Of a stretch of 53,332 nt of DNA, positions 9,447 through 18,594 are shown one piece after another (position 1 is the stretch's first letter; each line of letters begins with the position of its first letter). Under the pieces are notes generated by a model. That model made no database searches. It saw only the letters and a program-made list of their open reading frames with translations, and had not been told where the DNA came from. The position numbers and the translations under genes are program-made. This DNA is from Candidatus Krumholzibacteriia bacterium (GTDB lineage Bacteria; Krumholzibacteriota; Krumholzibacteriia; Krumholzibacteriales; Krumholzibacteriaceae): positions 1 to 53,332 of the forward strand of contig JBAZPL010000001.1 in assembly GCA_041648155.1 (NCBI GenBank), given 5' to 3'.

Positions 9447-9516
9447 GATATCCCCTTCACAAAAGCCGAGCTGTTCAATAAGGATCGTGAAACAGTCAAA
9501 GCAGGAGGTGTCCGAG

Positions 9517-9963
9517 ATGGCTATCGTAAGATGGAATCCGGTAAGGGGCATGCTGGGACTTCAGGACGAGATGAACATGCTCCTGGGCGATTTCTTCGGC
9601 GTGGACAAGCGCGGAGAGGAAACCGAGTTCATCCGCTGGGCCCCGCGCGTCGACATCCTCGAGCAGGACGGCGGCTACGAGCTCGTCGCGGATCTACCGG
9701 GCCTCAAAAAGGAAGACATCAAGATCGAGATTCAGGACAACGTGCTCACCCTGCGGGGCGAGAAGAAGCTCGAAGAGGAAAAGAAGGACAAGAACTACCG
9801 GCTCTGCGAGCGGTACTACGGCGAGTTCGTCCGGACCTTCGCGCTGCCCGAGAACGTCAACCGGGACGGCATCGTCGCCGAGTTCAAGGACGGGGTGCTC
9901 AAGCTCGAGATCCCGAAGACGGAGAGGACGAAGCCGAAACAGATCGAAGTGACGGTGAAGTAG
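9517..9963 (+). CDS. Hsp20 / alpha-crystallin family small heat-shock protein
   Basis: MAIVRWNPVRGMLGLQDEMN...WAPRVDILEQDGGYELVADLPGLKKEDIKIEI...GVLKLEIPK. AGGAGG sits 8 nt before the ATG. The track ORF starts further upstream (9436) without an RBS. Confidence 0.9.
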   Translation: MAIVRWNPVRGMLGLQDEMNMLLGDFFGVDKRGEETEFIRWAPRVDILEQDGGYELVADLPGLKKEDIKIEIQDNVLTLRGEKKLEEEKKDKNYRLCERYYGEFVRTFALPENVNRDGIVAEFKDGVLKLEIPKTERTKPKQIEVTVK

Positions 9964-10012
9964 ATCTCTGGCCTGCCTCCAGAGTGCCCGGCCGCGCGCA
10001 ACTCGCGGCCAA

Positions 10013-10041
10013 AACGAAAGGCGCCCGCGATCGGGCGCCTT
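10013..10041. terminator. Bidirectional intrinsic terminator between hsp20 and the PmbA-like gene; copy 1 of an identical 29-nt element
   Basis: aacgaaaGGCGCCCGcgatCGGGCGCCtt: an 8-bp GC stem extended by A-T pairs, with T-rich flanks on both strands. Identical to 13763..13791. Confidence 0.6.
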
Positions 10042-10090
10042 CTTCATTACCGCTCTCTGTCATCCATGCTGCCGCGCACTCCCATCCGAG

Positions 10091-11878
10091 CTACCGAGCG
10101 AAGTATGGATGCTGCGCGATGGGCGGCTTCGGCACGTCGCCGCCCGGCTTCTTGAGCGTGATCTCCTCGAAGAGCAGATCCGGCGTCACCACGGTTATAA
10201 GGGGAGGCCCGGCGCTCGCCGCGCCGAATATCGCCGCGAGTCTCTCGGCCATGGCGGACATCCCCCCTCGCGTATAGGGAAAGGTGACCGCCGCCGGCGC
10301 GTCAGAGGCGGCTACAACATCCTTGAAGGATGAAACGCCGACCTCATCGAAGGCGACGTTCCGCACGACTTCCTCCCGGCCATCCGGGTAGATCTTGTAT
10401 GCGGCCAGTGCCCCCTCGATACCCTCGCCCTGTCCGCCCCCTCCCATGATCCGCATCGCGGATGCCATGAGGTCGCCGGACGCGGGGATCAGGTAGGGAT
10501 TCCCCATGCGGCGCACAATGACGCCGTATTCGAGCCCGCGCTCCTTGACGAGGGAGAGGAGCTTTTCGCGGAGCTTCTTCTCCTTCAAACCACCCTGCGC
10601 GGTCAGAATGACGTTCGTCGGCGACGCCCCTTCGCCCCGCCGGTTCCCCGTGCTCTTCAGAGCGCCGCGCGCGGGGTTGCGGGTGCCGAGAAGGGCCTTC
10701 AGGATTCCCCCTTCTACAAGAACCGTTTTGCCGGCCGGCACGCCGTCATCATCGATGGAGTATCCCCCAAGGAGCCGCTCTGACCCGAAACGATCGAGCG
10801 CCGGGCTGTCTTCGAGCTTCATGGAAACGGGAAGAACCCGCGCGCCGATCTTATCGGCGAGACTGCCCCCCTGGCTCCGGAGGAACATTTCCATCTGAGC
10901 ATTATCCGTAACCATCTGCCGGGACGCGACGAGGCGGGGCAGAAAGACCTGGGCGAGGATCTCGGCCGCCGCTCCGTCCTCGAAGAGAACGGGGCCGTTG
11001 TACGTCTCGAGGATCTGCCCGGCGCTCATCTCGTTTATGCGTACGCCGATCGCCCGAATTTCCCCGGCGAGCTTTTCCTTTGGGGGAAGATCTCCCATAG
11101 TGCGGCCGAAAAAGGCGGCGAACTCCCGAAGCGGGAGTCCGTCCGGAGCGTATCCTTCGGCGCGCGCGACGAGGCTCACCTCGGGGCTGCTCCGCTGGAA
11201 CTTCGTCCCCTCGCTATTGACGTAGCGCGTGATCACGGTCGTGCCGCTGATGCTCACATTCGAGGAGGAGACCTGCGGCATCTCCCGGAAGAGAAGCGAT
11301 AGTTCCTTCGCGAGAGCGCTCGCCCGCGCGAGATCCGGCGGCGGACCGGCGTCTGGATCAATGACGGTGGCGGGCTCCGCCGCGGCGAAATCGTTCAGCT
11401 CCTCGCTGCGGGTCTTGTTCTCCAGGGCGGCTCTCTTCTTTGAGAGCTTCTCGAGGGCCTGCTTGTATGCCTCGTCCGTGGCCAACCAGAGTTTGCGCCT
11501 GATCTCCTGGTAGCTGTCGTCGAGGGGAATGCTGTTCGATTCTCCCACGCCGAACAGCGTGCCCTGATCAAATTGGAGAGAGAAGTAATTGGTGTTGTCC
11601 AGCGACGCATCCCCGATCCGCACCTCGACCTTGAGATCGCGCTTTGTGGTCTCGCTGCTCGTGACCAAGCTGCCGAAGGTGGCCTCCGCCCGGATCGCGG
11701 CCGTTTCATCGATGCGGAATGCCATGAAGTACGGCCTCTCGAGATTTTCCACGCGCAGGCTCTGCATCGATCGAGCCATCTCATCTTCCATGGCCTGCAT
11801 GATCATGTCCGGAGCGGCGCCATGCCCGGGGCCCGCGAGGAAGAGCAAGACGAGAAGAATAGTATGAATGCGGAACAT
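10091..11878 (-). CDS. Exported TldD/PmbA-family protein (PmbA/TldE-like; no HExxxH seen)
   Basis: 595 aa. Signal peptide MFRIHTILLVLLFLAGPGHGA. Family-typical stretches GGYSIDDDGVPAGKTVLVEGGILKALL and PDLLFEEITL. Confidence 0.75.
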   Translation of the reverse strand: MFRIHTILLVLLFLAGPGHGAAPDMIMQAMEDEMARSMQSLRVENLERPYFMAFRIDETAAIRAEATFGSLVTSSETTKRDLKVEVRIGDASLDNTNYFSLQFDQGTLFGVGESNSIPLDDSYQEIRRKLWLATDEAYKQALEKLSKKRAALENKTRSEELNDFAAAEPATVIDPDAGPPPDLARASALAKELSLLFREMPQVSSSNVSISGTTVITRYVNSEGTKFQRSSPEVSLVARAEGYAPDGLPLREFAAFFGRTMGDLPPKEKLAGEIRAIGVRINEMSAGQILETYNGPVLFEDGAAAEILAQVFLPRLVASRQMVTDNAQMEMFLRSQGGSLADKIGARVLPVSMKLEDSPALDRFGSERLLGGYSIDDDGVPAGKTVLVEGGILKALLGTRNPARGALKSTGNRRGEGASPTNVILTAQGGLKEKKLREKLLSLVKERGLEYGVIVRRMGNPYLIPASGDLMASAMRIMGGGGQGEGIEGALAAYKIYPDGREEVVRNVAFDEVGVSSFKDVVAASDAPAAVTFPYTRGGMSAMAERLAAIFGAASAGPPLITVVTPDLLFEEITLKKPGGDVPKPPIAQHPYFAR

Positions 11879-11889
11879 ATTCGATCCTC

Positions 11890-13614
11890 CTATCGACCCG
11901 GTGTACCGCGCTCGGGCGCGGGAAGAAGCGGCAGTCTCTCCTGCGATTTCTCTTTCTTCTGCACCTCTATTTGATCTACAAGGATCGCGGGGGAAATGCA
12001 GGAGGTCGGCACCCCGCCCGACTCAGCGCCGCAGGTGCCGTTGAAAACCGCGATCTCGTCGTCGCCCGCCGCAATACGGCTGAACGCGGTAAGCGGCGTG
12101 CCTATGAGATCGACGCCGCGCACGAGCTCCTCGCGGCCATCGGGGAAGATGCGATAAACCAGCGTCGGGACGACGTTGAAGGCGTTCGGTATCGTTCGGC
12201 CGGTCATGGTGAATCCGCCCACGATATCGTCAAAGAAGAGACCGTAAGCCTTGCTGTCCCTTTTTATCCTTTCGATGAGCATTTTCTTGAGCGCGGCATT
12301 CGTCACCGGGCGGTCAACCTGTACGATCAGGTTCGACTGCCGCGAGACAGGAACGAGCCCGGCCTGACAGCGCCCGTGCCCATTGGAGACGGGGAATCCC
12401 TCAATCGGTTTTCTCGACATGAGGAAATTGCGCAGGATCCCCTTCTCGACGACCGTCACGGGGCGGGAGCGCACCCCCTCGTCATCAAAGCGGTAGCTCC
12501 CGGCGAGGTCGGTGCCGGCGAGGCGCGTAATCGTGGGATCGAAGATGACGGAAAAACTCACGGGGAGCACCTCTTTCCCCACCATTTTGCGGAATGTCTG
12601 GCCTTCATCCTCGCTCCGCTGTCGGTGTCCCTCCACGCGGTGACCGAATATCTCGTGGAAGAAAACGGAGCTCGCGCGCCCGGAGAGAATAGCGGGGCCC
12701 GTATATGGATCGACGACCGGCGCGGTGCGCAGGGCAAGGAGATTCCGGATCATCTCGTCAACGCGCGCGAGTACGGTGGCATCGTCGGGCATCCCTTCCG
12801 CGGTGAAGGAAAAGAAGCTCTCGATGAGCGGGAGCTCCATGCCGTCTTCGGCCTTCGTTGCAGCGGATATCGCGAGCTTGCAGGAGATATGCGCCGTCTG
12901 GATCCTCGCGCCCTCGCTGCTCGCGAACCACCTTACCTCTCGCACTGCGGTAAGATTCGCTTCGGCCCGGTAGATCTCGCCGTATTTCGTGAAGGGCTCC
13001 GTGTAGCGGCGCAGCTTCGCCGCCCAAGCGGCGCGGTCGATCGCGAATGAAGGGATCTCCTCCACCGAGGATACCGCTTCGTCACGGGAAAAATCGGGAG
13101 ATCGGTCCTCCTCGGCCACCTTCACCTGCACCTGGGTCTTCACGGTGGCGAGCTTCTGCAGCGCACGTTTGTACGCTCGATCGGATTGAAACCAGAGAAC
13201 TCCGCGCATAGCGTCGGCATCGTCCTCGAGCGGCATTTTCACGTAGCTGAACCGGTCCAACATTCCCGACATGGCATCGCCGCGGATCTCGTGAGAATTA
13301 TCGAGAGCGTAATCTCCCACGCGAAGATCGACCCGGAGCAGACGATCGCGATCGCTCTCGTTCTTCGTCAGGGCTCCGAACTCGGCGGTCACATCGGTCT
13401 TGTCGATTTCGGTGATCATGTAGCTCAGGAAGTAGGGCGGCTGCGGCTGAGCGTTCAGCACCGTCATGGTCCGGTTGAGCTCCGCCTCCATAGCGGTCAG
13501 AACCGCCGACGCGGTCGTGGCGCAACGTGCCGGGGATGTCGCGGCGAGCATCCAGATGCCGACGACAAGGCACCATAGAGCCGGCGCGGCCGCGCGCCAA
13601 GATTTCCGTTTCAT
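11890..13614 (-). CDS. Exported TldD-like metallopeptidase
   Basis: Start MKRKSWRAAAPALWCLVVGIWMLAATSPARCA (signal peptide), with AAGGGGGA upstream. Metal motif HEIFGHRVEGH, plus RFDDEGVRSRPVTVVEKGILRNFL. The track ORF (to 13830) extends through the terminator hairpin. Confidence 0.8.
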   Translation of the reverse strand: MKRKSWRAAAPALWCLVVGIWMLAATSPARCATTASAVLTAMEAELNRTMTVLNAQPQPPYFLSYMITEIDKTDVTAEFGALTKNESDRDRLLRVDLRVGDYALDNSHEIRGDAMSGMLDRFSYVKMPLEDDADAMRGVLWFQSDRAYKRALQKLATVKTQVQVKVAEEDRSPDFSRDEAVSSVEEIPSFAIDRAAWAAKLRRYTEPFTKYGEIYRAEANLTAVREVRWFASSEGARIQTAHISCKLAISAATKAEDGMELPLIESFFSFTAEGMPDDATVLARVDEMIRNLLALRTAPVVDPYTGPAILSGRASSVFFHEIFGHRVEGHRQRSEDEGQTFRKMVGKEVLPVSFSVIFDPTITRLAGTDLAGSYRFDDEGVRSRPVTVVEKGILRNFLMSRKPIEGFPVSNGHGRCQAGLVPVSRQSNLIVQVDRPVTNAALKKMLIERIKRDSKAYGLFFDDIVGGFTMTGRTIPNAFNVVPTLVYRIFPDGREELVRGVDLIGTPLTAFSRIAAGDDEIAVFNGTCGAESGGVPTSCISPAILVDQIEVQKKEKSQERLPLLPAPERGTPGR

Positions 13615-13762
13615 ATGCACGTGTTCCCCCTTTCGATTCGGTATGATTACCCCTAGGACGCTGCAGTGTAACACATGTCGGGAAGAAATAAAACGGCGCT
13701 TTCGGGCGCGCCCGGACGCGCGCTCCGGCGCGCAGGCTCCCGATGAGCGCCGGAAAGTTCTC

Positions 13763-13791
13763 AACGAAAGGCGCCCGCGATCGGGCGCCTT
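13763..13791 (-). terminator. Intrinsic terminator after the bactofilin gene; copy 2 of the identical 29-nt element
   Basis: Same 29 nt as 10013..10041 (aacgaaaggcgcccgcgatcgggcgcctt). Confidence 0.6.
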
Positions 13792-13869
13792 TTCTTTGTC
13801 GCACGCCGGTCCGCCGACCGGACGCGCCATTTCTTAACTATCTAATTCGCTATTGCCGACCGTCGATCG

Positions 13870-14310
13870 TCACCGCGCTCCGACCGGCATCTCGGGCTTC
13901 TTCGCCTGCTGATACTGCGGATTCTGTGCCGGCGACTTCTGCTCGCTTCTTCCGTCGGGGCTCATCTTGCAGTTGCCCTCGAAGAAGACTCCCTCGTCGA
14001 TGACGAGACGGGTCGTCTTGATGTCCCCCTCGACGCGCGACCCGGCCTGGAGCTCGACCTTTTCCTTCGCATCGATGTTGCCGACGATCGTGCCGCCGAC
14101 GACGGCGCTCTTCACCTTAATTTCGGCCTTCACGCGGCCGTCCTTGCCGATGACGAGCGTGTCCGGGACCTGGATCGTTCCCTCGAACTCGCCGTCGATG
14201 CGGAGCGTTCCCTCGCTGACGAGGATCGTTCCGGTGATCTTACAGCCCTTGCCGATGATCGAATTCATCTTGCCCTCCCCTGGGAGCTGTTCGCCCTCTT
14301 TCCCGAACAT
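13870..14310 (-). CDS. Bactofilin (polymer-forming cytoskeletal protein, CcmA family)
   Basis: Beta-helical repeat core IIGKGCKITGTILVSEGTLRIDGEFEGTIQVPDTLVIGKDGRVKAEIKVKSAVVGGTIVGNI...VEGDIKTTRLVIDEGVFFEG. I prefer ATG 14310 (AAGGAGG + 5 nt) over the track start 14349 (SD only 3 nt away). Confidence 0.85.
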   Translation of the reverse strand: MFGKEGEQLPGEGKMNSIIGKGCKITGTILVSEGTLRIDGEFEGTIQVPDTLVIGKDGRVKAEIKVKSAVVGGTIVGNIDAKEKVELQAGSRVEGDIKTTRLVIDEGVFFEGNCKMSPDGRSEQKSPAQNPQYQQAKKPEMPVGAR

Positions 14311-14356
14311 GACGTCCTCCTTCCTGCCCTCTTTCTTTCCTCCTATCATATCCCTC

Positions 14357-15136
14357 CTATTGCAGCAGATATTTCAACGGGTCCACGGGGAAGTTGTTCT
14401 GCGTTACCTGGAAATGCAGATGGGGCGCCGTACTTCTCCCCGTATTTCCCGAATACGCTATCGTCTGCCCCTGCGCCACGCGCTCTCCCTTGGAGACTAC
14501 CAGCATATCGGCGTGCGCGTAAAGCGTTTTTATTCCGTAGCCATGATCTATCTGTACGTAATATCCGTACGAGTCGTTCCACCCCGCCTCGCTCGCGTAG
14601 CCCGATGCAGCCGCGCGCACCGGCGTGCCCCGGTCGACCGCGATGTCTATGCCGCCGTGAAAAATCGTATCTTTCTCCCCTTCCGCCTGGCTGAACCTCT
14701 TCGTGATGAATCCGCGCACGGGCCAGAAGGTCGGAATGGCGCGAAGCATGGTTGCCTGCTCGCTCCGGAGCCCCTCCGGCATGGCCGATTTCCCTCGTTC
14801 GGCCTGAGTAATCGCGACGCTGTCCCCGGGCGTAACGACGAGCCCGAGCATCCGGCGCACCTGAAGGTTCATCGATCGGAGCTCCGCGACGTTTCTCCTG
14901 AGCTCCACGATCTGCTCCTGACGCCTGCCGAGCTCCTCAAGCTGCCGCTTGTACATGCGCCCCTCCTGCACCTTGAGAAGAAGCGCTCCGTAGGTCGCGA
15001 CGAATACGATCATGACCACCACCCCTGCGGCGAGGATCCCGACGATCGCGTAGAAGAGCGTGTACGGTATACGCAGCGTGCGCGTCTTCTTGAGATCGTG
15101 CGGAACGATGATTATCGAGAATTTTCCTTTATCCAT
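14357..15136 (-). CDS. M23/LytM-family peptidase with N-terminal TM helix and coiled coil
   Basis: 259 aa. TM segment YAIVGILAAGVVVMIVFVATY. Catalytic motifs FHGGIDIA (HxxxD) and APHLHFQV (HxH). Confidence 0.85.
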   Translation of the reverse strand: MDKGKFSIIIVPHDLKKTRTLRIPYTLFYAIVGILAAGVVVMIVFVATYGALLLKVQEGRMYKRQLEELGRRQEQIVELRRNVAELRSMNLQVRRMLGLVVTPGDSVAITQAERGKSAMPEGLRSEQATMLRAIPTFWPVRGFITKRFSQAEGEKDTIFHGGIDIAVDRGTPVRAAASGYASEAGWNDSYGYYVQIDHGYGIKTLYAHADMLVVSKGERVAQGQTIAYSGNTGRSTAPHLHFQVTQNNFPVDPLKYLLQ

Positions 15137-15157
15137 GCGTGCGATCGCCGCCGGGCT

Positions 15158-16015
15158 CTAACGCGGAAGTTTGATTCCCATTTTCTCGAGAACGCTCTCG
15201 AGCTCCTCGTCCGAGTAATATTCGATCCAGAGGATTCCGCCCTTGCTTCGCGGCGTGATCTTCGCGCGCGTGCCGAGGTGCGTCTCGATCGCTTCTTCGA
15301 TCGCCTGGATCTGGGGGGATATCTTTCGCAGGCCCCGGCGTTTCCTCGTGCGGGCCTTGCCCGGAGCGGTGCGTTCGATTTCCCGCACGGTGAGGCTCTC
15401 GCTCACGATTTTTCTCGCCCATTCAATCTGCGCCGCTTCCCCTTCGATCGAGAGCAGCGCGCGCGCATGGCCTGCCGTGAGCTTGCCCTCGACGATGAGC
15501 GTCTTCACGATTTCGGGAAGATTGAGGAGCCTCAAACTGTTCGCGACGGTGCTTCTGTTCTTGCCGATCATCGCGGCGATATCGCCGACCGCGAGTCCGA
15601 AACTGTCCTTGAGCGCCTGATACCCGCGCGCTTCTTCCATCGGGTTGAGATCCTCGCGCTGGAGGTTCTCCATGAGGGCATGCCTGAGCGAATCCGCGTC
15701 ATCCACGTTCCGGACGATCGCCGGGATCGTCGCCCTTCCCGCGAGCTTCGCCGCGCGGAGCCTCCGCTCCCCGAGGATGAGCTCGTAGCGGTTCTCGACG
15801 CGCCTGACCACGATCGGCTGAAGAACGCCGTTCTGCCTGATGGATTCGGCGAGCTCCTTAAGGTGCTCACCGTCGAAATGCTCTCTCGGCTGATGGGGAT
15901 TCGGATCGATGCGCTCAATATCGAGATCCTTGACGCGCTCCGTCTCCGAAACGCTTTCCCTGAGATCCTGCGATATCAAAGCCTCGATCCCGCGCCCCAG
16001 CACATTCTTCGTCAT
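15158..16015 (-). CDS. parB: Chromosome partitioning protein ParB (Spo0J)
   Basis: [14 protein letters not shown]..., ParB box GVLQPIVVR...[20 protein letters not shown] region. ATG 16015 overlaps the parA stop (ATGA). The track GTG start at 16027 is an alternative. Confidence 0.9.
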   Translation of the reverse strand: MTKNVLGRGIEALISQDLRESVSETERVKDLDIERIDPNPHQPREHFDGEHLKELAESIRQNGVLQPIVVRRVENRYELILGERRLRAAKLAGRATIPAIVRNVDDADSLRHALMENLQREDLNPMEEARGYQALKDSFGLAVGDIAAMIGKNRSTVANSLRLLNLPEIVKTLIVEGKLTAGHARALLSIEGEAAQIEWARKIVSESLTVREIERTAPGKARTRKRRGLRKISPQIQAIEEAIETHLGTRAKITPRSKGGILWIEYYSDEELESVLEKMGIKLPR

Positions 16016-16851
16016 TTCGGCTGCCACTTTCCTTCACTCGTCTTCCTGCTCGTCTCGATCAGGGGGGTGAGCTTTTCCCTGGCCTCACCGCGGCTGTCCT
16101 GCCTTTCGATCAGCTCCTTCGCCAATTTGAGATAGCTCTTCGACCCGACGCTCTGAACGTCATACAGAAGAACGGGGCGTCCAAAGGACGGGCACTCGCC
16201 GAGCCTCACGTTTCTCGGTATCGCGGTCTCGTAAACCTTTTCGCCAAAATAAGATATGACTTCCCGGGCGACCTGGTTCGACAGATTGAGCCTCTTGTCG
16301 AACATCGTGAGAAGCACCCCTTCGATCCTGAGATCGGGGTTCAGGTGTTTCTGAACCATACGGATCGTGCTGAGCAGCTGGCTCAATCCCTCGAGGGCGT
16401 AATATTCGCATTGAATGGGAATCAGCACGGAATCCGCGGCCGTCAGCGTATTGAGCGTGAGCAGTCCGAGACTCGGCGGCGAATCGATGAAGATAAAATC
16501 GTAATCGTCCGCGATCTCCGCGAGCGCCTCTTTCAGTTTGTACTCGCGCGCGATCTGCGAGACGAGCTCTATCTCGGCGCCGGTAAGCTTCGGCTGCGAG
16601 GGGATAAGATCGACGAGCTCGACCTTTCTGATCGCTTCCCTCGCGCTGATTCCCCCGAGGATCACTTCGTAGATCGTCAGCTCTCCCACGCCGGCCCGCA
16701 CCCCGAACCCGCTGCTCGCGTTCGCCTGGGGATCGATATCGACGAGGAGAACCTTCTTCTCCGCGGCACCGACGCTCGCCGCGAGGTTCACGGCTGTCGT
16801 CGTTTTCCCGACGCCACCCTTCTGATTCGCTATCGCCACTATCTTGCCCAT
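16012..16851 (-). CDS. parA: Chromosome partitioning ATPase ParA (Soj)
   Basis: [25 protein letters not shown] (deviant Walker A), [22 protein letters not shown]. Start is at 16851; the track extension to 16914 has no support. Confidence 0.9.
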   Translation of the reverse strand: MGKIVAIANQKGGVGKTTTAVNLAASVGAAEKKVLLVDIDPQANASSGFGVRAGVGELTIYEVILGGISAREAIRKVELVDLIPSQPKLTGAEIELVSQIAREYKLKEALAEIADDYDFIFIDSPPSLGLLTLNTLTAADSVLIPIQCEYYALEGLSQLLSTIRMVQKHLNPDLRIEGVLLTMFDKRLNLSNQVAREVISYFGEKVYETAIPRNVRLGECPSFGRPVLLYDVQSVGSKSYLKLAKELIERQDSRGEAREKLTPLIETSRKTSEGKWQPK

Positions 16852-18122
16852 GGTCTCTCTTTCGCGCCTCCCGCGGAGTTGGCTTTCAGCGGCTCGGGGC
16901 TCATGTTGAGCCACGGAACGTAGCCCACATACGGCAAGCCGGCTTGATCAATTCCGTCGAATATCACGAGCTCGATTTTTTCTTCCGTCGTATTGCCGGC
17001 GCCCCAGAAATTATGCTCCGCATGCATCGTATCGCTTCCGGTGTAGCCGGCGAGCTTTATCGCATAGCCCGGGCCGGATTCCTCGCCGTTGGCGCTGATC
17101 GAACAGTACCGTATCATGGGGGCTGCCCAGCTCGAGAGCTCGATGCCGTTGGCCCCGTTGTTCGCGATGGTTGTGCTATCGATCGTCGTTACTTTCGTTG
17201 CGGAAAAGGAATACGAGATCTTGATCCCGTTCGCAACGTTGTACCGGACAGAGCTCGATTTGATTTCAACGTGCGCATTTTCGATCTCGATCCCTTTGCC
17301 GTTATCCCAGATATCGCTGGAGAGTATGTGCGCTTGGGACGCTTCGGTCAAAATGCTGATTCCGATATTGCTATTGTCGTACACCGAGCTTCTGTCGAGC
17401 GTGAGCTTCGCCCCGTTCATGACCTGCATTCCGTTCGAGCTGGCGCTGAGCTCCACATTCCTGAAAATGGCCTCGCTGTATGGCCCCGTCAGATAAATTC
17501 CATCCCACAGGCCAGAGCCGGACCCACAGGTATTGCCGCGGAAGCGAATCTTCTTGTCGGGGGTTCCCTCGGCTACGATGCGCCCGAACGCTTCGAATCC
17601 CCCTGCGGGTACGTCGAAAACGATCGTTACGCCGGGCTCGATCGTAAGCGTCGCGGTGGATGGGATCACCAGCGGGTTGGCATTCTTGACAATGTAGACG
17701 AATCCCGTGTTTGTGATCATAATGGTCGTAGCGGCCGGTACCGGGCTCGGAAACCGGGTGCAAACGGTTATGTTATGAGCTTTAGTAACCGTTTCTATAT
17801 CGTCGGTTACCGACATACTGATCGTCACGGGCCCCGCAGTAGAGGGCGCCGTCCATTGCACGCTGGGTCCTGTCGCTGACGCCGGATAGAAGCTTCCTGC
17901 CGTCGCCGTCCATCGAAACGTCAACGGATCGCCGTCATCATCGATGGCGCTTCCGCCGAGCGTCACGGCTCCACCCGTTTCGATAAAGCACTTGCTCACA
18001 GAGAGAGTGATGTTGCCGGGCGGCGTATTGGCGATCTGGGTCTTGCTCTCGCAGCCCGGAAACGAAAGAAGCACGGCCAAAAGGAACGGCATCGCAAGCA
18101 CATAGAACGTGACGGTTTTCAT
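16839..18122 (-). CDS. Lipoprotein with an N-terminal PKD/Ig-like domain and right-handed parallel beta-helix repeats
   Basis: Start [24 protein letters not shown] (lipobox), with GGAGGAGG upstream. [18 protein letters not shown]...SVQWTAP (PKD-like). Repeated N-G-I motifs (SNIGISI, NGKGIEI, ANGIKIS, ANGIELS). The 3' end overlaps the parA start by 13 nt. Confidence 0.75.
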   Translation of the reverse strand: MKTVTFYVLAMPFLLAVLLSFPGCESKTQIANTPPGNITLSVSKCFIETGGAVTLGGSAIDDDGDPLTFRWTATAGSFYPASATGPSVQWTAPSTAGPVTISMSVTDDIETVTKAHNITVCTRFPSPVPAATTIMITNTGFVYIVKNANPLVIPSTATLTIEPGVTIVFDVPAGGFEAFGRIVAEGTPDKKIRFRGNTCGSGSGLWDGIYLTGPYSEAIFRNVELSASSNGMQVMNGAKLTLDRSSVYDNSNIGISILTEASQAHILSSDIWDNGKGIEIENAHVEIKSSSVRYNVANGIKISYSFSATKVTTIDSTTIANNGANGIELSSWAAPMIRYCSISANGEESGPGYAIKLAGYTGSDTMHAEHNFWGAGNTTEEKIELVIFDGIDQAGLPYVGYVPWLNMSPEPLKANSAGGAKERPWAR

Positions 18123-18219
18123 TGCCTCCTCCTTGGTAGAGGCGGGGTCACAGGCATTATAGATTCCATCCGGGGGGAAATCAACGGAAAAAGAGCGCCG
18201 CAGGCGTGCGAGTGGGGAT

Positions 18220-18235
18220 TGTTTCACGCGAAACG
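18220..18235. other. Degenerate parS-like site
   Basis: TGTTTCACGCGAAACG, 2 mismatches to TGTTTCACGTGAAACA. Confidence 0.4.
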
Positions 18236-18279
18236 CCTCGTTTCGGGTGCAAAAGAGTCGCGGCCGCCCAAATGCGGGA

Positions 18280-18295
18280 TGTTTCACGTGAAACA
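18280..18295. other. parS centromere-like site (perfect consensus palindrome)
   Basis: TGTTTCACGTGAAACA, an exact match to the Firmicute/Proteobacterial parS consensus. It also generates the artefactual MFHVKH ORF start. Confidence 0.85.
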
Positions 18296-18378
18296 TCCGG
18301 GGCTGGCGGGCGAGGGCTATTTCACGTTAAGCGGTCGCTGCGAGCTGCTTCGTCCGCCTTGCCTCGCTGCGCGACGCA

Positions 18379-18578
18379 AATAGCGCGGGTGGCGCCGATG
18401 GGGCCCCCGCACCGCGCGCTTCCGTGTCTGGGCGGGAATAATTACGCCGCCCCTGTAACGCCCCGAATAGCGGGTGGCGCCGATGGGGCCCCCGCACCGC
18501 GCGCTTCCGTGTCTGGGCGGGAATAATTACGCCGCCCCTGTAACGCCCCGAATAGCGGGTGGCGCCGATGGGGCCCCC
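18379..18578. repeat. Tandem repeat, about 85-87 bp unit, 2 full copies plus a 28-nt partial third
   Basis: Copies start at 18379, 18466 and 18551 (aatagcgggtggcgccgatggggcccccgcac...). Copies 1 and 2 are identical except for a 2-nt indel. Confidence 0.85.
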
Positions 18579-18594
18579 ACACGGGGCGCAGCGT

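Noticed and set aside
9237-9551. 104-aa minus-strand ORF in the polX-hsp20 intergenic region
   Set aside because: It has no RBS, overlaps the hsp20 start and its SD, and has odd composition. The region is better explained as a regulatory or promoter region.
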